This document shows positions 1 through 12,800 of a stretch of DNA of 64,000 bases, in pieces; the first letter of the stretch is position 1; the number at the start of each line of letters is the position of its first letter. The notes below the pieces were generated by a model. The model searched no databases. It was not told the DNA's origin and saw only the letters and a program-made list of their open reading frames with translations. The stretch is from NCBI RefSeq assembly GCF_964355755.1, contig NC_092671.1, positions 37,458,304-37,522,303 of the forward strand. The letters are read 5' to 3'. The translations under genes were made by a program, and so were the position numbers. Origin of the DNA: Antedon mediterranea (Eukaryota; Animalia; Echinodermata).

Positions 1-251
1 TACGAACTGCATTTGATAACGTAATAACATCTCGACTAATTAAAGATATTTGACGGACTAAATTACAACTATCCGAAATACAATGATGATTTACCCAAAG
101 TACAGAAATAATTAAATTGTAAACTATATAAGACAAATTCAATCAACGCCATGAATAAACTTGCGTTTACATTAAGTGAACTTCAACAAAATGATGACAA
201 TCACAAACGATGACGTAAGATCTGTAATTTGTTATTGCCATTTTAGGTTCA

Positions 252-579
252 CACTATTAAAAAAGGGTTTAGATCTTAAACATGTATTTTGTACTCACTT
301 TTTCCACACGTTTAGCCATAAACATGTTTAGGTTCTAAATACATTCTAAACATGTAGTATGTATCCAACTCAAGACATCAGTCGTGTTAATTGTTAAACA
401 TGTGGAGCAATATAAAGACACGTTTAGGTTTTAAACGTGTTTAATTTTCCATGTGTGGAGCTCATGTGTGGAGCTTTTTTCCGCCATAGTAAAATCATAT
501 GCACGCAACGCTAAACATGACCTAAACATGTTGACTGAAAATAATAGATGTTTAAGATCTAAACACTATTTTTACAGTG
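252..579. mobile_element. Non-autonomous CACTA/EnSpm-like TIR element
   Basis: Imperfect ~32-bp TIRs: CACTATTAAAAAAGGGTTTAGATCTTAAACAT at the left end, and reverse complement CACTGTAAAAATAGTGTTTAGATCTTAAACAT at the right end. Many internal TAAACATG/CATGTTTA subterminal motifs. No ORF. Confidence 0.6.
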
Positions 580-1361
580 TACTTTTATTTTATCTTGGAT
601 TGTTATATTACAAAAAAAAATGTCGTTTTTGATCAAGATTCTCGCAAGACTGAAGAAGACTAATTATGATCTATTTGACGTTTGGCAGTATAAAGACATT
701 TTTTTTACGAAATTAAAATATAAAATGAAGATCACATCAAAACAATTCTAACCTTGTCAAATCCACCGGGTGTATGATAACTATTACAGGTAATATATAT
801 CAAACGACGTCGGCAGACTCGGTTCATAAAGTCGGCTAATACTTTCAATCTAATCTACAGAGAGACGGTATGTACATAACTTGCTATTTTATTATTTACA
901 TGACATGACACATAACAATGACATACGGACAAGACACAAAAAACTGTATTTGTCTAAGTGATAAAAACAAAAAGAAATGTCGGTTGTCAGCAAATCCGAT
1001 TAAAAGATACATATATAAAACAGACTAAAAATGACAAAAAGTGTAAAAGTACAACAAAACAGTAACATTAATAATCTTTAAAAAGGTTAAAAAGGTATTG
1101 TTACAAAGTACATTCTAGAGACACCAGTGTTAAAATATGAAGAGTTTGGCAAAAAAGAATTTCTAAAAAGACATCGCACATTTACTTAGGTTATAACAAC
1201 AATGGAACGGATGCGTCTGAAAACGGTTTTGGAAGCCGAACATGGTTGAATATATATTTCATGCCAGTTTCAAATATATTTCTATGTTTTATTTTTATGG
1301 ACAATAATAAGTATCTGTATCAATGTTTCACAATCGTATCATAATAAGATCATGGAAAATA

Positions 1362-1635
1362 AGTCCTTCGGATGGGACGTAAAGCCGTGGGTTTCGTGTA
1401 ACTATACATTTAATGTGCATGATAAAGAACGTAAGCTCTGTCTTCACTATCAAACTAGTTTGACAAAAAAAAAGTGTGATGTGCCCAAATATGGTAGTGA
1501 TATGCCCAGATATGGTAATGATATGACATGTCCATATATGGGCACATCAGATGTTTTTTGTCACAAAAAGTTTGATAGTGTAGACAGAGCTTTAAACTAT
1601 ACGAAGAGGGTATTGTCTGATGTGCACGATGGAAA
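1362..1635 (+). mobile_element. Deu/Nin-domain-like SINE fragment interrupted by a Harbinger-like MITE (1434-1591)
   Basis: GTCCTTCGGATGGGACGTAAAGCCGTGGG...GCATGATAAAGAAC resembles the conserved DeuSINE central domain (recalled, not searched). A related sequence lies at 20570-20800. Confidence 0.45.
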
Positions 1636-2255
1636 TTAGGCCTACAGGTCTTGAAGAACAGACGTGTACTGAAGAAATCACCTATTATATAAAAAAAGAT
1701 ATACAAAATGTAGGCCTATTCACGTAAAGAATAATATAATGTTAAATTTTGTCCGTAAATAAATAATAATGTAAAATTTAAGACAGCGAGTCACCGGACT
1801 GGTCAAGAAACCGGTCAAGAAACCGAAAAGACATCATTTATTTATATTACAGTGAATGATTGCGTTAAATAAAATATGATACATGTCCAAGATAAAGCCA
1901 TTGGATTGTACATTGATAAGCCTGAATCCAATGACAAGGTAAGCTGTATAATACTAGGGCACGGCTTAATAGACGTTGCAATCCATTCATTTAATCCAAA
2001 GTCAATTTAAACATTAATAATTATAAATTTCACATGGCAAAATATACACACACTGTAAATAAACAATAAACCTTCCAGATGCTTGCTATTACTTTAATAA
2101 GTATTACGAAAAATAATACATTTTCAACAATATTTATCATATTATTTATTACTAATTATATTTATTTACATATTTAAATCTATATGCAGTACTGTAATCT
2201 TGGTTTTTCAGGTTTTCGGATATGTTATTTTGGGTTCAGAAAACTTTCTCAGTTC

Positions 2256-2475
2256 AAGGCAATCTAACCACTGGATGTTGAATTCCGGAGATCAAAGAGT
2301 TTATCTGTGGCTGTGACACAGTAAATTCCACACACCTTAACAGACTCGAATATAATGTGCATAGTACAGCACTGTTGGTGTTTAAAGTGTTGCAGCCAGA
2401 CATAAAATCAAAGGGCTGTTACAAGTTCTTATGTTGGAAAGACGAGCTCTGTGTCCTGTTGTTAGATTGTCTTGC
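2256..2475. mobile_element. MITE family B, copy 1 (second copy 14743-14966)
   Basis: TIRs CAAGGCAATCTAAC..GGA / TCCTGTTGTTAGATTGTCTTG. The body aligns along its length with 14743-14966. Confidence 0.7.
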
Positions 2476-2715
2476 TCAGATGATGATATCGAACAATTTG
2501 AGATATAGTATAGTATTATTGTTGTATAAATGATGAAGGACATTTTCTTTATAATATAGTACCTTGTCTTGTTTTTTTTACCAGTTTTATCTTCAATAAA
2601 CAATAAATAAATGCTTTCCATCAGCCTTTTGGTCCTGCCTTGTATTATCATGGCCGACCTCTCAAACAACTCGTCAAACCCCCTTACTTACAACAATCTA
2701 ATATTTAATCTATTT

Positions 2716-2880
2716 AATAATAATAATAATATCCTGGATTTATATAGCGCCTAATGTAATGAAACCTCTAAGCGCTGAACATTATTACCCCAGTCATTTT
2801 TTTGGATCAAACACGTATGGAAACATACTTCCATAATGCAGCTAGCAATCAGCGCAAAGTTGTGTCTTGATCTAACCGGG
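2716..2880 (-). mobile_element. SINE/L2-type 3' end with (TTA)n tail
   Basis: (AAT)n tail followed by TATATAGCGCC...AAGCGCT, the same 3'-end pattern as the L2 fragment at 26441. Confidence 0.45.
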
Positions 2881-3733
2881 TTAAAAAATTCCAAAATTAC
2901 ATTGTTGAAATCGTACAAGAGTATACATAAATTAAATATGTCTAAACAACCGACCTTACTACATATATTTAATAATTCAGTAATGTACATTAATTATAAA
3001 TACGATAATTGCCTGTTAGTTATATTGAAAAGAAAAGTGTCTATAAATGCAAATTTACCCTTGAAAACTAATATTGCACTATAAGAATCACACACACTAA
3101 CATTAAGTTTTGCCTGAAATATATAGTTTACATCTAATTTTCTTTCATTACTTACCAATACAATCTATACTTAAGAATATATCTTGTGTCTATACCATAT
3201 TACAACATTGAAACTAAACACTAAAGCATTTTTATATTTGCCTCTGAAATGACATCAATTTCTATGGCATACCCACAATGCAGCAGAAAATATCATTCAT
3301 GAGTTAAATATCTTTGTTTTCTTTTGTCTCTGTTAATTAAGTATATCATTTTTAAGTACTTACATTAAAATTACAAATTCTCATTTATATTTTTATAAGT
3401 TGTTCATAAAATGCCCACAATTTTAATATTGTATTAAAATTTTAAAAAATATATTAAAAATATGTGAAAATAAATTTAATTGACATTATATCCTATAGAT
3501 ATTATAGAAAATAATTGTTTATACTATCATAAATAAAAATATAGTACTTTTAAAATAGTCTATTATAGTAACTTTTGTTAGAGTTTATCAAATCTAGTTC
3601 TGATTGCCTCTACCAGACTAATAACAAGATCTGAATAAAATTTGTTTAAAATAAATTGTCTTTGAAACACAACCTTGTTATTTCATTATTTCAAGGTAAA
3701 TTAATAGTCATCTATCTTGTCAATATGGCATCT

Positions 3734-6700
3734 TTAGTTTTCACCGCCAACCAGATTCAAGAGAAGTTTTTTATAGTCACCAGACGTATCACCCTGCAAA
3801 AAAAATCCAACTGTAACTTTTTAACTATATCTAAAAATATAAATACAGTCAACTCTCCCAGTACCGGACACCTTTGGGCTGAACAAATATGTCTGGTTTC
3901 CAGAAAAATCTGGAGAGTTTCCGGTTTTCAGAGTCCGGTATTGGGAAAGTTGACTGTAATACAGTCAAGCAAAGTTTTACAAAAATTCATCATCAGGTAC
4001 TTATAAATTAGATATGTCTTTATGACCTGTTTTCAATTTGAACATAGGCTGTCATTTTTGAAATGCCAGATGGTTAGATTCAAGCTTGCTTAGGATCAAT
4101 TACTGATTTTCTCCTTTTATAAATTATTATTTATTTCACTAGTAATATCAATATCACTGAGCAGCTCCTCTGTTTTCATAAACTTTTTGTTTTCAGGTCA
4201 ATTAATAATAACTCACAGGTAATTTGTTTGGAGGTCAAATGTCAAATTTACATGTTTCTATAGAATTTGACACATAAAGCTGCTTGGTTACTTATGTTGT
4301 TGCGCTGCGTTCAAGTTGGAACCTAGCTTTAAATATATAGGGTTTAAGATTATATATCTGTTTATTGCAATGACAACAGTTAAGAACGAACCTTTCTACT
4401 TAATTATTTTATCATATTTTAGTAAAATATAATATATACTGCTATTAATAGCAAAAATAATGCACAAAGCAACAAACACATATATATATAGATATATATA
4501 TATAATTACACATTTTTGCTTCGCATGTATATATTTTTCCCTAGCATAATATTTCCTACAATTCCCTCTCATTTATCGTTATCGTATGTCATTATTATCA
4601 TCATAAAACAATTGTATAGCAACGAAATAATATATGCCATATTGAGACCATCAGTACAAAGAACACATTAGCCCACCTACACTACTCATGCAAAATAATC
4701 CATGTCGATATAGATTGACTAACTACAATGACCCTCATATTCAGGCAAACAAATCACAGTTTATGATAAGAGAACTTAAACAGAAGTAACGCCTGGGTGA
4801 CATTCTCCCCCTTTTAACAACTATGATGACATTAAAACCACTTTTTGATATCTGTTTTTTACTAATAATGTTATATATTAACATACCCCCATTTAAAAAT
4901 TCCTGGATCCACCCTATGATAATCATCTATATTATAAGTGAGAGATATTGTTCATTTATTTGTTTGTTTATTATACATATTTTTGTTACTGCCACGTAAC
5001 CACACATATAGGTTATCAAAATGATTGCAATTGTACTGGGAAAGTTCTAAACTATATTTGAACATCATCCGACATCTAGGATCAAAATTAGGGGCCAAAA
5101 ATGCCCACTTTTCTCCACTTTAGATGTCTGTACTGAGAAGGATTTATTTTTTCAAGATCACCTAAGTGTAGGATGTGATTGAAGAGGGGTGTAGATTGGT
5201 GAATATAGGGAGATACTGGCATCCAGGGGTTATGACACCTATCAAATTAATCGGAATTGTACAGAAGGTTTTGAAATACATTTAAATTGCTAATAATTGT
5301 ATAAGTAGAAATGTCAGCTATACTTACAGCAATTGTTTTCCCAAGAGATTCCGAATAAGCCTTTTGATATTCACCCTTAATGTTCACCATATCAACCTCA
5401 GAACGTGATATCACAATCCTCATCAATTTATCATCATCTGTGCCGGCTCCCTAAACATATCAAATTATATTAATAACAAAAATATAACAAAATTATAATT
5501 TAAACATATCATTTAAACATATCAGCATTTAAACATATCAGCATTTAAACATATCAAATTATATTGAACAAAATGATCTAACTTTCTAATAAACAACAAA
5601 GATTTTACTCTTAAGCTCTGTTCTGTCTGTTATGTGACAAAAAAATGTGATGTGCCCATATATGGACATGATGATGTCATATCACTACCATAATTGGCCA
5701 TACCACTACCATATTTGGGCACATCACACTTTTTTTGTCAAACTAGTTTGCTTTAGATTATTCTGAACACTATACACTATAAGTTTTGTTTTACAACTAA
5801 CTAGTTTGATGCGCTTAATTTAAATAGCTGAAAAAATCCCCACAAAATCAATCGGGTATTTCAATTTACACATAGTTCCTAGCCAGTGGCGTAACAGCTA
5901 TTAGAGCTCACTGGCTAAACCCAGGGGCCACAGAGCTTAAAATATGTTTAAAAAATACTGAAAACCTCTAAGGCCTCCAGCGTTGCAGGGCCACTTAAGG
6001 TTCCTGAACCAGAGGTCTTAGGCCTCTGTGTTATTCCACTAGCCTACAAAAAATGAACAGTATAAAAACCTTCATCGTCTTGTGCAGTTTGTCGCTGAAG
6101 TATTTGTGTTTGTTGCGGACACATCTCACTGAAAATACAAAAGAACACAAACCATCAATTTATTTTGTTTTATATTCTGGGAAATAAAAGGCATTGGAAT
6201 AAACATGAAATGGAAACCCTTGAAAAAGTATATAAATAAATGACATTACAATAAAATTTAATGACAAAAAACAAGAAGATCGACGTTTCGGAACCATCAT
6301 ATAGTAAGCGTCTATTAATTCATAAATGACATTGTTAAATTAATTCTTTATGGTAATGAGCCTTAGACTAGGGTCACATTTATCAAACATTCTTAAGCTC
6401 TGTCTACACAATCAAACTTTATGTGACAAAAAAATGTGATGTGCCCATATATGGACATAATGATGTCATACCACTACCCTATTTTGGTATATCACTACCA
6501 TATTTAGGCACATCACACTTTTTTTGTCAAACTAGTTTTATTGTGAGAGCTGGGGTCAAATTTTTCAAACATTAGACAAAAAATTATCTTAACTTTGATT
6601 TTTAAGTCTTAGTTTTCAAAATAACTGGTTTGATGAAAGCTTTTTATCACTTTACAAGCTTTATTGCAAGTGGTATTGCAAGAGACATACGGAAGCAGAG

Positions 6701-9700
6701 CCACATTTAATTGTACTTACCAATAGTAAGCATACTGTTTTTAAGATCTCCAGACATCTCTTTCTTAATAGCGACTTCAATATCGTTCTTGGAGATCTTA
6801 GAATATTCCTCAAATGTAGCACGTAGTTGAGCGTAACTGCGAGATGCCAGTATAACGTTGAAGCGAGATTCATCAGTTCCCCACTTATCTTCACCAGCTT
6901 TGAATAAATCCTAAACAAAAGACAGTGAGTGAGAATTTTGTTCATCAATTTGAGAAGCTTAGTGGTGCTTTCCTCTCCAGTAGCCACAAGAAATAAAGTG
7001 GTCCGGTTTTCACAAGAAAAGGGAACAATCTTTGGGTTGTCAAAGGCTTCTGTGAAAAAGTGGTCTTGTTTCCAATCCCAATTTCCTGGGTTCAAATCCT
7101 CTATGAGTCGCATTGTTTTCTAAAACCACACAAACTCAACTTCTCCAAATCAAGAGTTCAATTTTAATTTAATGTTTGCAGCCATGAGCTTTTTCACTTA
7201 AAATCGCAAAATAAAAAGAATTATAAATCTTACGTTGGCATCATTCTTGGCTTTGTCGGGGTCAACGACATCACCTTCAGGACGACTTCCTTGCAAGACT
7301 GACATCAAAATACGTCCAAAGTTGCCTGATGTATCATCTTCAACATCCTCTTCCAAATCTTTGTCATATTCTATAATAATCAAAATATGACTTAAGGTCT
7401 GTCTACACTATCAAACTAGTTTGAAAAAAAAGTGTCATGTGCCCAAATATGCTAGGGTATGACATCATCATGTCCATAAAGTCACATCAAGTTTGATAGT
7501 ATAGACAGGGCTTTATAAACAAGATTGAATTGATGCATGCATGGCATAAATTACTGTATGCACTTAAATACTGTAGTACATAATGTATTACAGTATACAA
7601 CAACATTTATTCAATATTCAATATTTTACAAAGTTTATGGGTTAAGATACACAGAAGCCAAAGTGGCTTGTCTTTGTAGTCCTAAGCATAAACATAAAAC
7701 ATATTATACGGACGCATTACATTAACAAAAAATGACATTTTGAGACAGAAAAAGAAAAAAAAAACACAAACACAACAAAGTGATATTAAGCTAAATGTTT
7801 ACAACCCCAATTTTGCAGTAGCAATAGTAGCTAGCAATATGTTTCAAATATCATCTTTTTAATATTGTACTTTAGCATAGGGAGTGAGGTCATGTGATTT
7901 TGTTCTAGGGTAGACTGGAGTTTATTCCAGTATGTTGGTCCTTCAATAAAAATTGATCTTTTATTAATTTCTAGTCTACTGTGTGGAATATATATCTTAT
8001 TTGCGTTTCTTAATGTCTTTAAGCGATCAGTTTTAGGGTTTAAATCAATCAAGTTGTTTATAGGGATGGGAAGTTCCTGGAGATGATATTTGAACATAAA
8101 GCATGCAATTTGAATTTTATTTATATCGTATATATTTAACATTTTTAAACTTTGTAATAGTGGTTTGGAGGCTGTTCTCATCGGTGAGTTTGTAATCATT
8201 CTAGCTATACGTTTTTGTAATTTATGTATTTTTTCTAAGTTTGTTTGATATTCATTTCCCCATATTATATTGCAGTAATAGAGGTGTGGTAAGCTAAACG
8301 CATTGTACAGATTTAAAAGAATATGTTTAGGAAAGACGTGTTTTACCTTGTAGATGATACCAATGGATTTAGCGATTTTATTTGAGATGCAGTTTATATG
8401 GGGTTTCCAACATAAATGTTCATTTATATGTATTCCGAGAAACATAACTGTGTGTTCTCTTTGTAATATTGATTTGTTAATTTGGATTTGGGAAGTAATT
8501 TCAGGGATCTTTTTTTGCCGAGGTCTAAAAATAATGTAGTTAGTCTTATCGATATTTAAAATAAGTTTGTTTGTCATAAACCATTTATTAATTTTTGAAA
8601 GTTCAATATTCAATGTGTCTATAAGATTGTTTATATTATTATCACTCATGAAAACAGTGGTATCATCCGCAAAGGAAATCACGTTTATTTTATCACTTAC
8701 TCTAATAATATCGTTAACATAGATAAGAAATAACAAGGGTCCAAGGATGGACCCTTGCGGTACTCCACATTTAATATGTTGGAGTGATGATTTGGTTTGA
8801 TTTATTTGTACAAATTGCAGTGGGTCTATTGCATATATTCATAGTGAAAGATATACTGTTTACACACACCTTCCTCATAAGCTTCTTTGATTGCCTCTAT
8901 TGAGCTGTTTGTTCGAGTACAGAGAATCTCAATCAGTACATCTTCATCTGTACCAAGTCCCTGGAAAGAGAACAAAAAATAATCATAAAATCAAAACTCT
9001 ATTGAGTGACTATAGAAACTCTTATTGAGTTACTGTAGAACATCCATTGAGTAACCATGTTATAAAATGTGTTACTTACTTTGATGGCTTTGTTGAGTTC
9101 ATGCGCATCATACTTTTCAGGAGTCATCATCAAACCCGTCAACATTGTGAGCAACTTACCGCTAACCTCACTCTTAAATTCCTTCATCAAATCCTATAAA
9201 TTAAATATCGGACAAAATCAGATTTTACAGGGCTTAGGTCTACATCTTTTCCATTTGAACAATACGTTGATTTATTAATACTACCGTATATCTTCTGGTA
9301 TTATCTCACCCTCTAGAATACAATATTAGGCTGACTTTAGGGGGTGGGACTATACCCAGAGAAGCCCTGGTTCAGGAACAAAATGATTGGTAAGCATTTC
9401 TTGTAAAAACTTATCTTTACTGGCTGGAGAGGCCTGTGAAATCAGACATAAAGTAGGTGGGATTATACCCGAGGATATACGATATTATCAATAATTTTAA
9501 AACCCATCTTGAAACACACTGGAAAACCCACAACCTAAAGTTTGAGCCATATAACCAAGATGTTCAAAGACGGACTCACAAACCTTAACAGGTATATAGT
9601 CTAAAGGTCAAGGTAAAATTATTCTATCAAAGTAACTGACCTTGCCAAACATTTGTTTGAATTGTTTAGCAATCTTCTGACGTTGATCATTTGACCTTTG

Positions 9701-9817
9701 ACTTATAATATCAATGATTGTCTTTTCATCAGTACCAAACCCTTTCATGGCCTTACGCAGCTTTTCAGCATCACCCTGGGGGTCAAAGTTCTTTACCGGA
9801 GTTACTATTCCTTTATC
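3734..9817 (-). CDS. Annexin core module (4 repeats) of the fusion gene
   Basis: [10 protein letters not shown]...KSEVSG, IKGLGTDE...[15 protein letters not shown]...KKEMSG, MKGAGTDD...GDTSG: four type-II Ca2+ sites, each with its acidic cap residue. Exon sizes 114/91/59/123/60 nt are typical of animal annexin genes. Confidence 0.97.
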
Positions 9818-12800
9818 CTACAAAAAAGAATTGATGTTCTATTTAATAATAGTTTTGGTTAAATATTTACCTTAAACAGAATAAACAATTTTATATTTTA
9901 CTCTCGTACTGTAATCATAATTATTAGCAACAAATTAATAGATAGTGTACCTTTGGCAACTTCTCTTTGCATGACCTCTGACCTTCTTTTAGTCTTCCAT
10001 TTTCCTTCTCCTTCTTGTTTTTACTTTTATCTTTATTATCTTTCTTTCCTTTACCTTTACTGGTCATTTTGTCCAGCATCTCCTGACCCATGGATGAAGC
10101 AAACAATGATACTGTACTCTCATAACCACTTTTGACAGCTAGGTCATAGGGCGTGTCACCCTTAGCATTCTTGACCTTAGGGTTGGCATCATTCTCCAAT
10201 AACATTTCAACAAGCTCTTGTCCATCTGGTCCAAGAAGAACAGCTTCATGCAGAGCAGTGTTACCCTTCCTGTATATAAAAAAAATGTACAGTTAAAACA
10301 TCTATAAAAACAAGCCAAACCATTCAAAGAACATATACCTAGACAAAGACAGTTTTCAGGGTATAGTTCACTTGAATCTAAATTTCTGTCTACACTATCA
10401 AACATTATGTGACACAAACATGTGATGCCATATACTGTATGGACATGATGATGTTATATCACTACCATATTTAAGCATATCATTACCATGGGCACATCAC
10501 ACTTTTGTCAAACTAGTTTGATAGTGTAGACAGAGCTTTAAGCTATAAACACTTTGTTGAAATTGTTTATGTGGCTTTACCTGGCAGGTGCCTTGGTGTT
10601 GACCTCTGCTTCGACATCAACCAGGATAGCAACAGCATCTATATGGTTGTTCATTGTGGCTAGGATTAAGGCAGAGGTGCCATCTTTGTTTTCACAATTA
10701 GGGTCTGCTCCCTAAAAACACAAAATTAATCAATTCAATTTAAGTAAAATTGATGTTTCAATCTATATATTCAAGAACACATCGTAATATCAAATATAAG
10801 CACATGCTCAAATCTTAAGCACATACAGTACATCTAAAATATAATTTAAACACCCTAACGTTGTCATACAGGTATATAATGTGTACATACTAATGTTTTG
10901 TATCAATGTGCAAAGTCTAAAGCTTTGTTTACACTATCAAATTGGTTTGACAAAAAAAGTATGATGTGCCCAAATATGGTAATGATAGGCTCACATATGG
11001 TAATGATATGACATCATCATGTCCATATGGGCACATCACATTTGTTTTGTCTCATAAAGTTTGATTGTGTAGACAACTTCAAGGCTTAAGAAAAATATCA
11101 AGAGAGTCTACTATGGTAAAATATACTAAGCGGGGGAAAAAAATACAGGAAACTTACTTCGTCTACTAAATCCTGAACAACCTCTTCATCACCATCTCCG
11201 TTAGGTCCGACCTCTTTAATCAGTTTACGATCTTCTGGGGTCAGTTTGTCATTATTTTGTGATGACAATAACTTTTTCTTCCCAGTTTTCTTGGTTCTTT
11301 TTACCTGTTTGTATGGTGAATCTGCAGAAAACAAATTAAATTTATTAAATTTAAGTCAGGTTTTATTTTGAGAGAGACTATCACTCTAAAATATTTTGCA
11401 ATCGTTAATTAAATTAACTTATAGAAAATAATGTATTTATTAAATGTTCTGTTGAATAAAAAACAAACATTACCTTCTTCTTGTTGAGCCAGTTGTTTAG
11501 CAAGTATTGCACCTAGAAATAAAAATTAAAACAATATGTGGTAATGATTTTAATATTTTCACTAGGTTTTTGTAGGTTAGGAGTATGTAAATTGAATTAT
11601 TTTTATTATATTGTTAATGTTTTCTACTGAACCAGTTTGAAAAACAATGCTTTAGCACTGAAAATGTCATTCAGTATAAAGACAGAATAAATAAATAAAT
11701 AAATATATTCTGAAGAAAAGAAATGGTATTTTGTAATAAATATATAAAATACTGTAAGTAAAAAACCAAATTCCATACTTTTTCTAACTTGTGATGCCCG
11801 AGTGGCTTTTACATTGTTGTCACCTCCTCTGGATTCAAAGCTTAAGACCAGAGTTACATCAACGCCATCATCATCAATCTCCAATGATGTGATCTGAAAT
11901 GCAGGCGAAAATATTAAACGGATGTTCACTTGATGGTAACATTATGTCTAACATCTTACAGAGGTTGAGTGTTAAGAAACTTTCAGAAAGTTAAGCCTAC
12001 TAAAGCTCTGTCTATCAACTTTATGTAACAAAAAATGTGATGTGCCCATATGTGAACATGATTATGTCATATCACTACCATATTTGGGCATATCACTAAC
12101 ATATTTGGGCACATCACACTTTCTTTATCAAACTAGTTTGATAGTCAACTTTGCATATCTCAACAGCTACATTGTTCAAGAGGAGTACAGAGGCATACAA
12201 TTTTTTTTTCAAATTTGTATTGAAACCTCTAATATTGATTAAACCCATTATTAATCATCATGTTACTAACGAGAACAAGTGGTTATGATGACAAGACAAG
12301 TTCTAACCTTTCCCATTCTCGGCTTCCCAACTTCAGCCCTAAATTCCGAGCTTTTCTGAGTGTACGCTTCTAGATGAGCACATATATGAGCAATCTGTTT
12401 TTTCCAGTAACCTTTCCCTGGGCTTATGTCAATCAAGTTAGGCATCATCTTAGTCTGACTTGGACTATCTTGTACCATTCTATCAACATTGTCACGTTGT
12501 TGTTTCATCACCTGCTCTTGAGTTGGATAGAACAGACCTACAGTCTGCGTACCGGTCGACTGATTTAGAACGGCAGGTAGCGGCAGTGAAAGAGGGCGCC
12601 ATCCATTTACATCCAATGACTGGAAGTATATCAGAAGCATTTCAATTCATATTATTGTTGTCATGTAATTTAATGTACTGTACTGACTACAATAGGCCAA
12701 TTAACTACTGTACTTTCTTCAAAAGCAGTTACCAACCGTCTCGCATTGTGCGGGACGGTCCTGCATTTCAAACTGATTTTTAATAAAAGACGCATTTTTA

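Noticed and set aside
1-210. Coding-like composition at the window start
   Set aside because: The forward frames contain multiple stops, and I found no recognisable motif or splice structure.
1352-1706. ORFs 1352-1639 and 1455-1706, and similar LCLHYQT/CPYMD ORFs at 12042, 21404 and 31972
   Set aside because: Chance translations of the family-A MITE.
6661-7123. ORF-track proteins of 150 aa and 64 aa
   Set aside because: Off-frame or antisense shadows of annexin exon 6721-6910 and its intron.
9924-9950. C-terminal ...LLICC* as a prenylation signal of the intron-retained isoform
   Set aside because: It comes from AT-rich intron sequence. A CC end without Rab context is not meaningful evidence.
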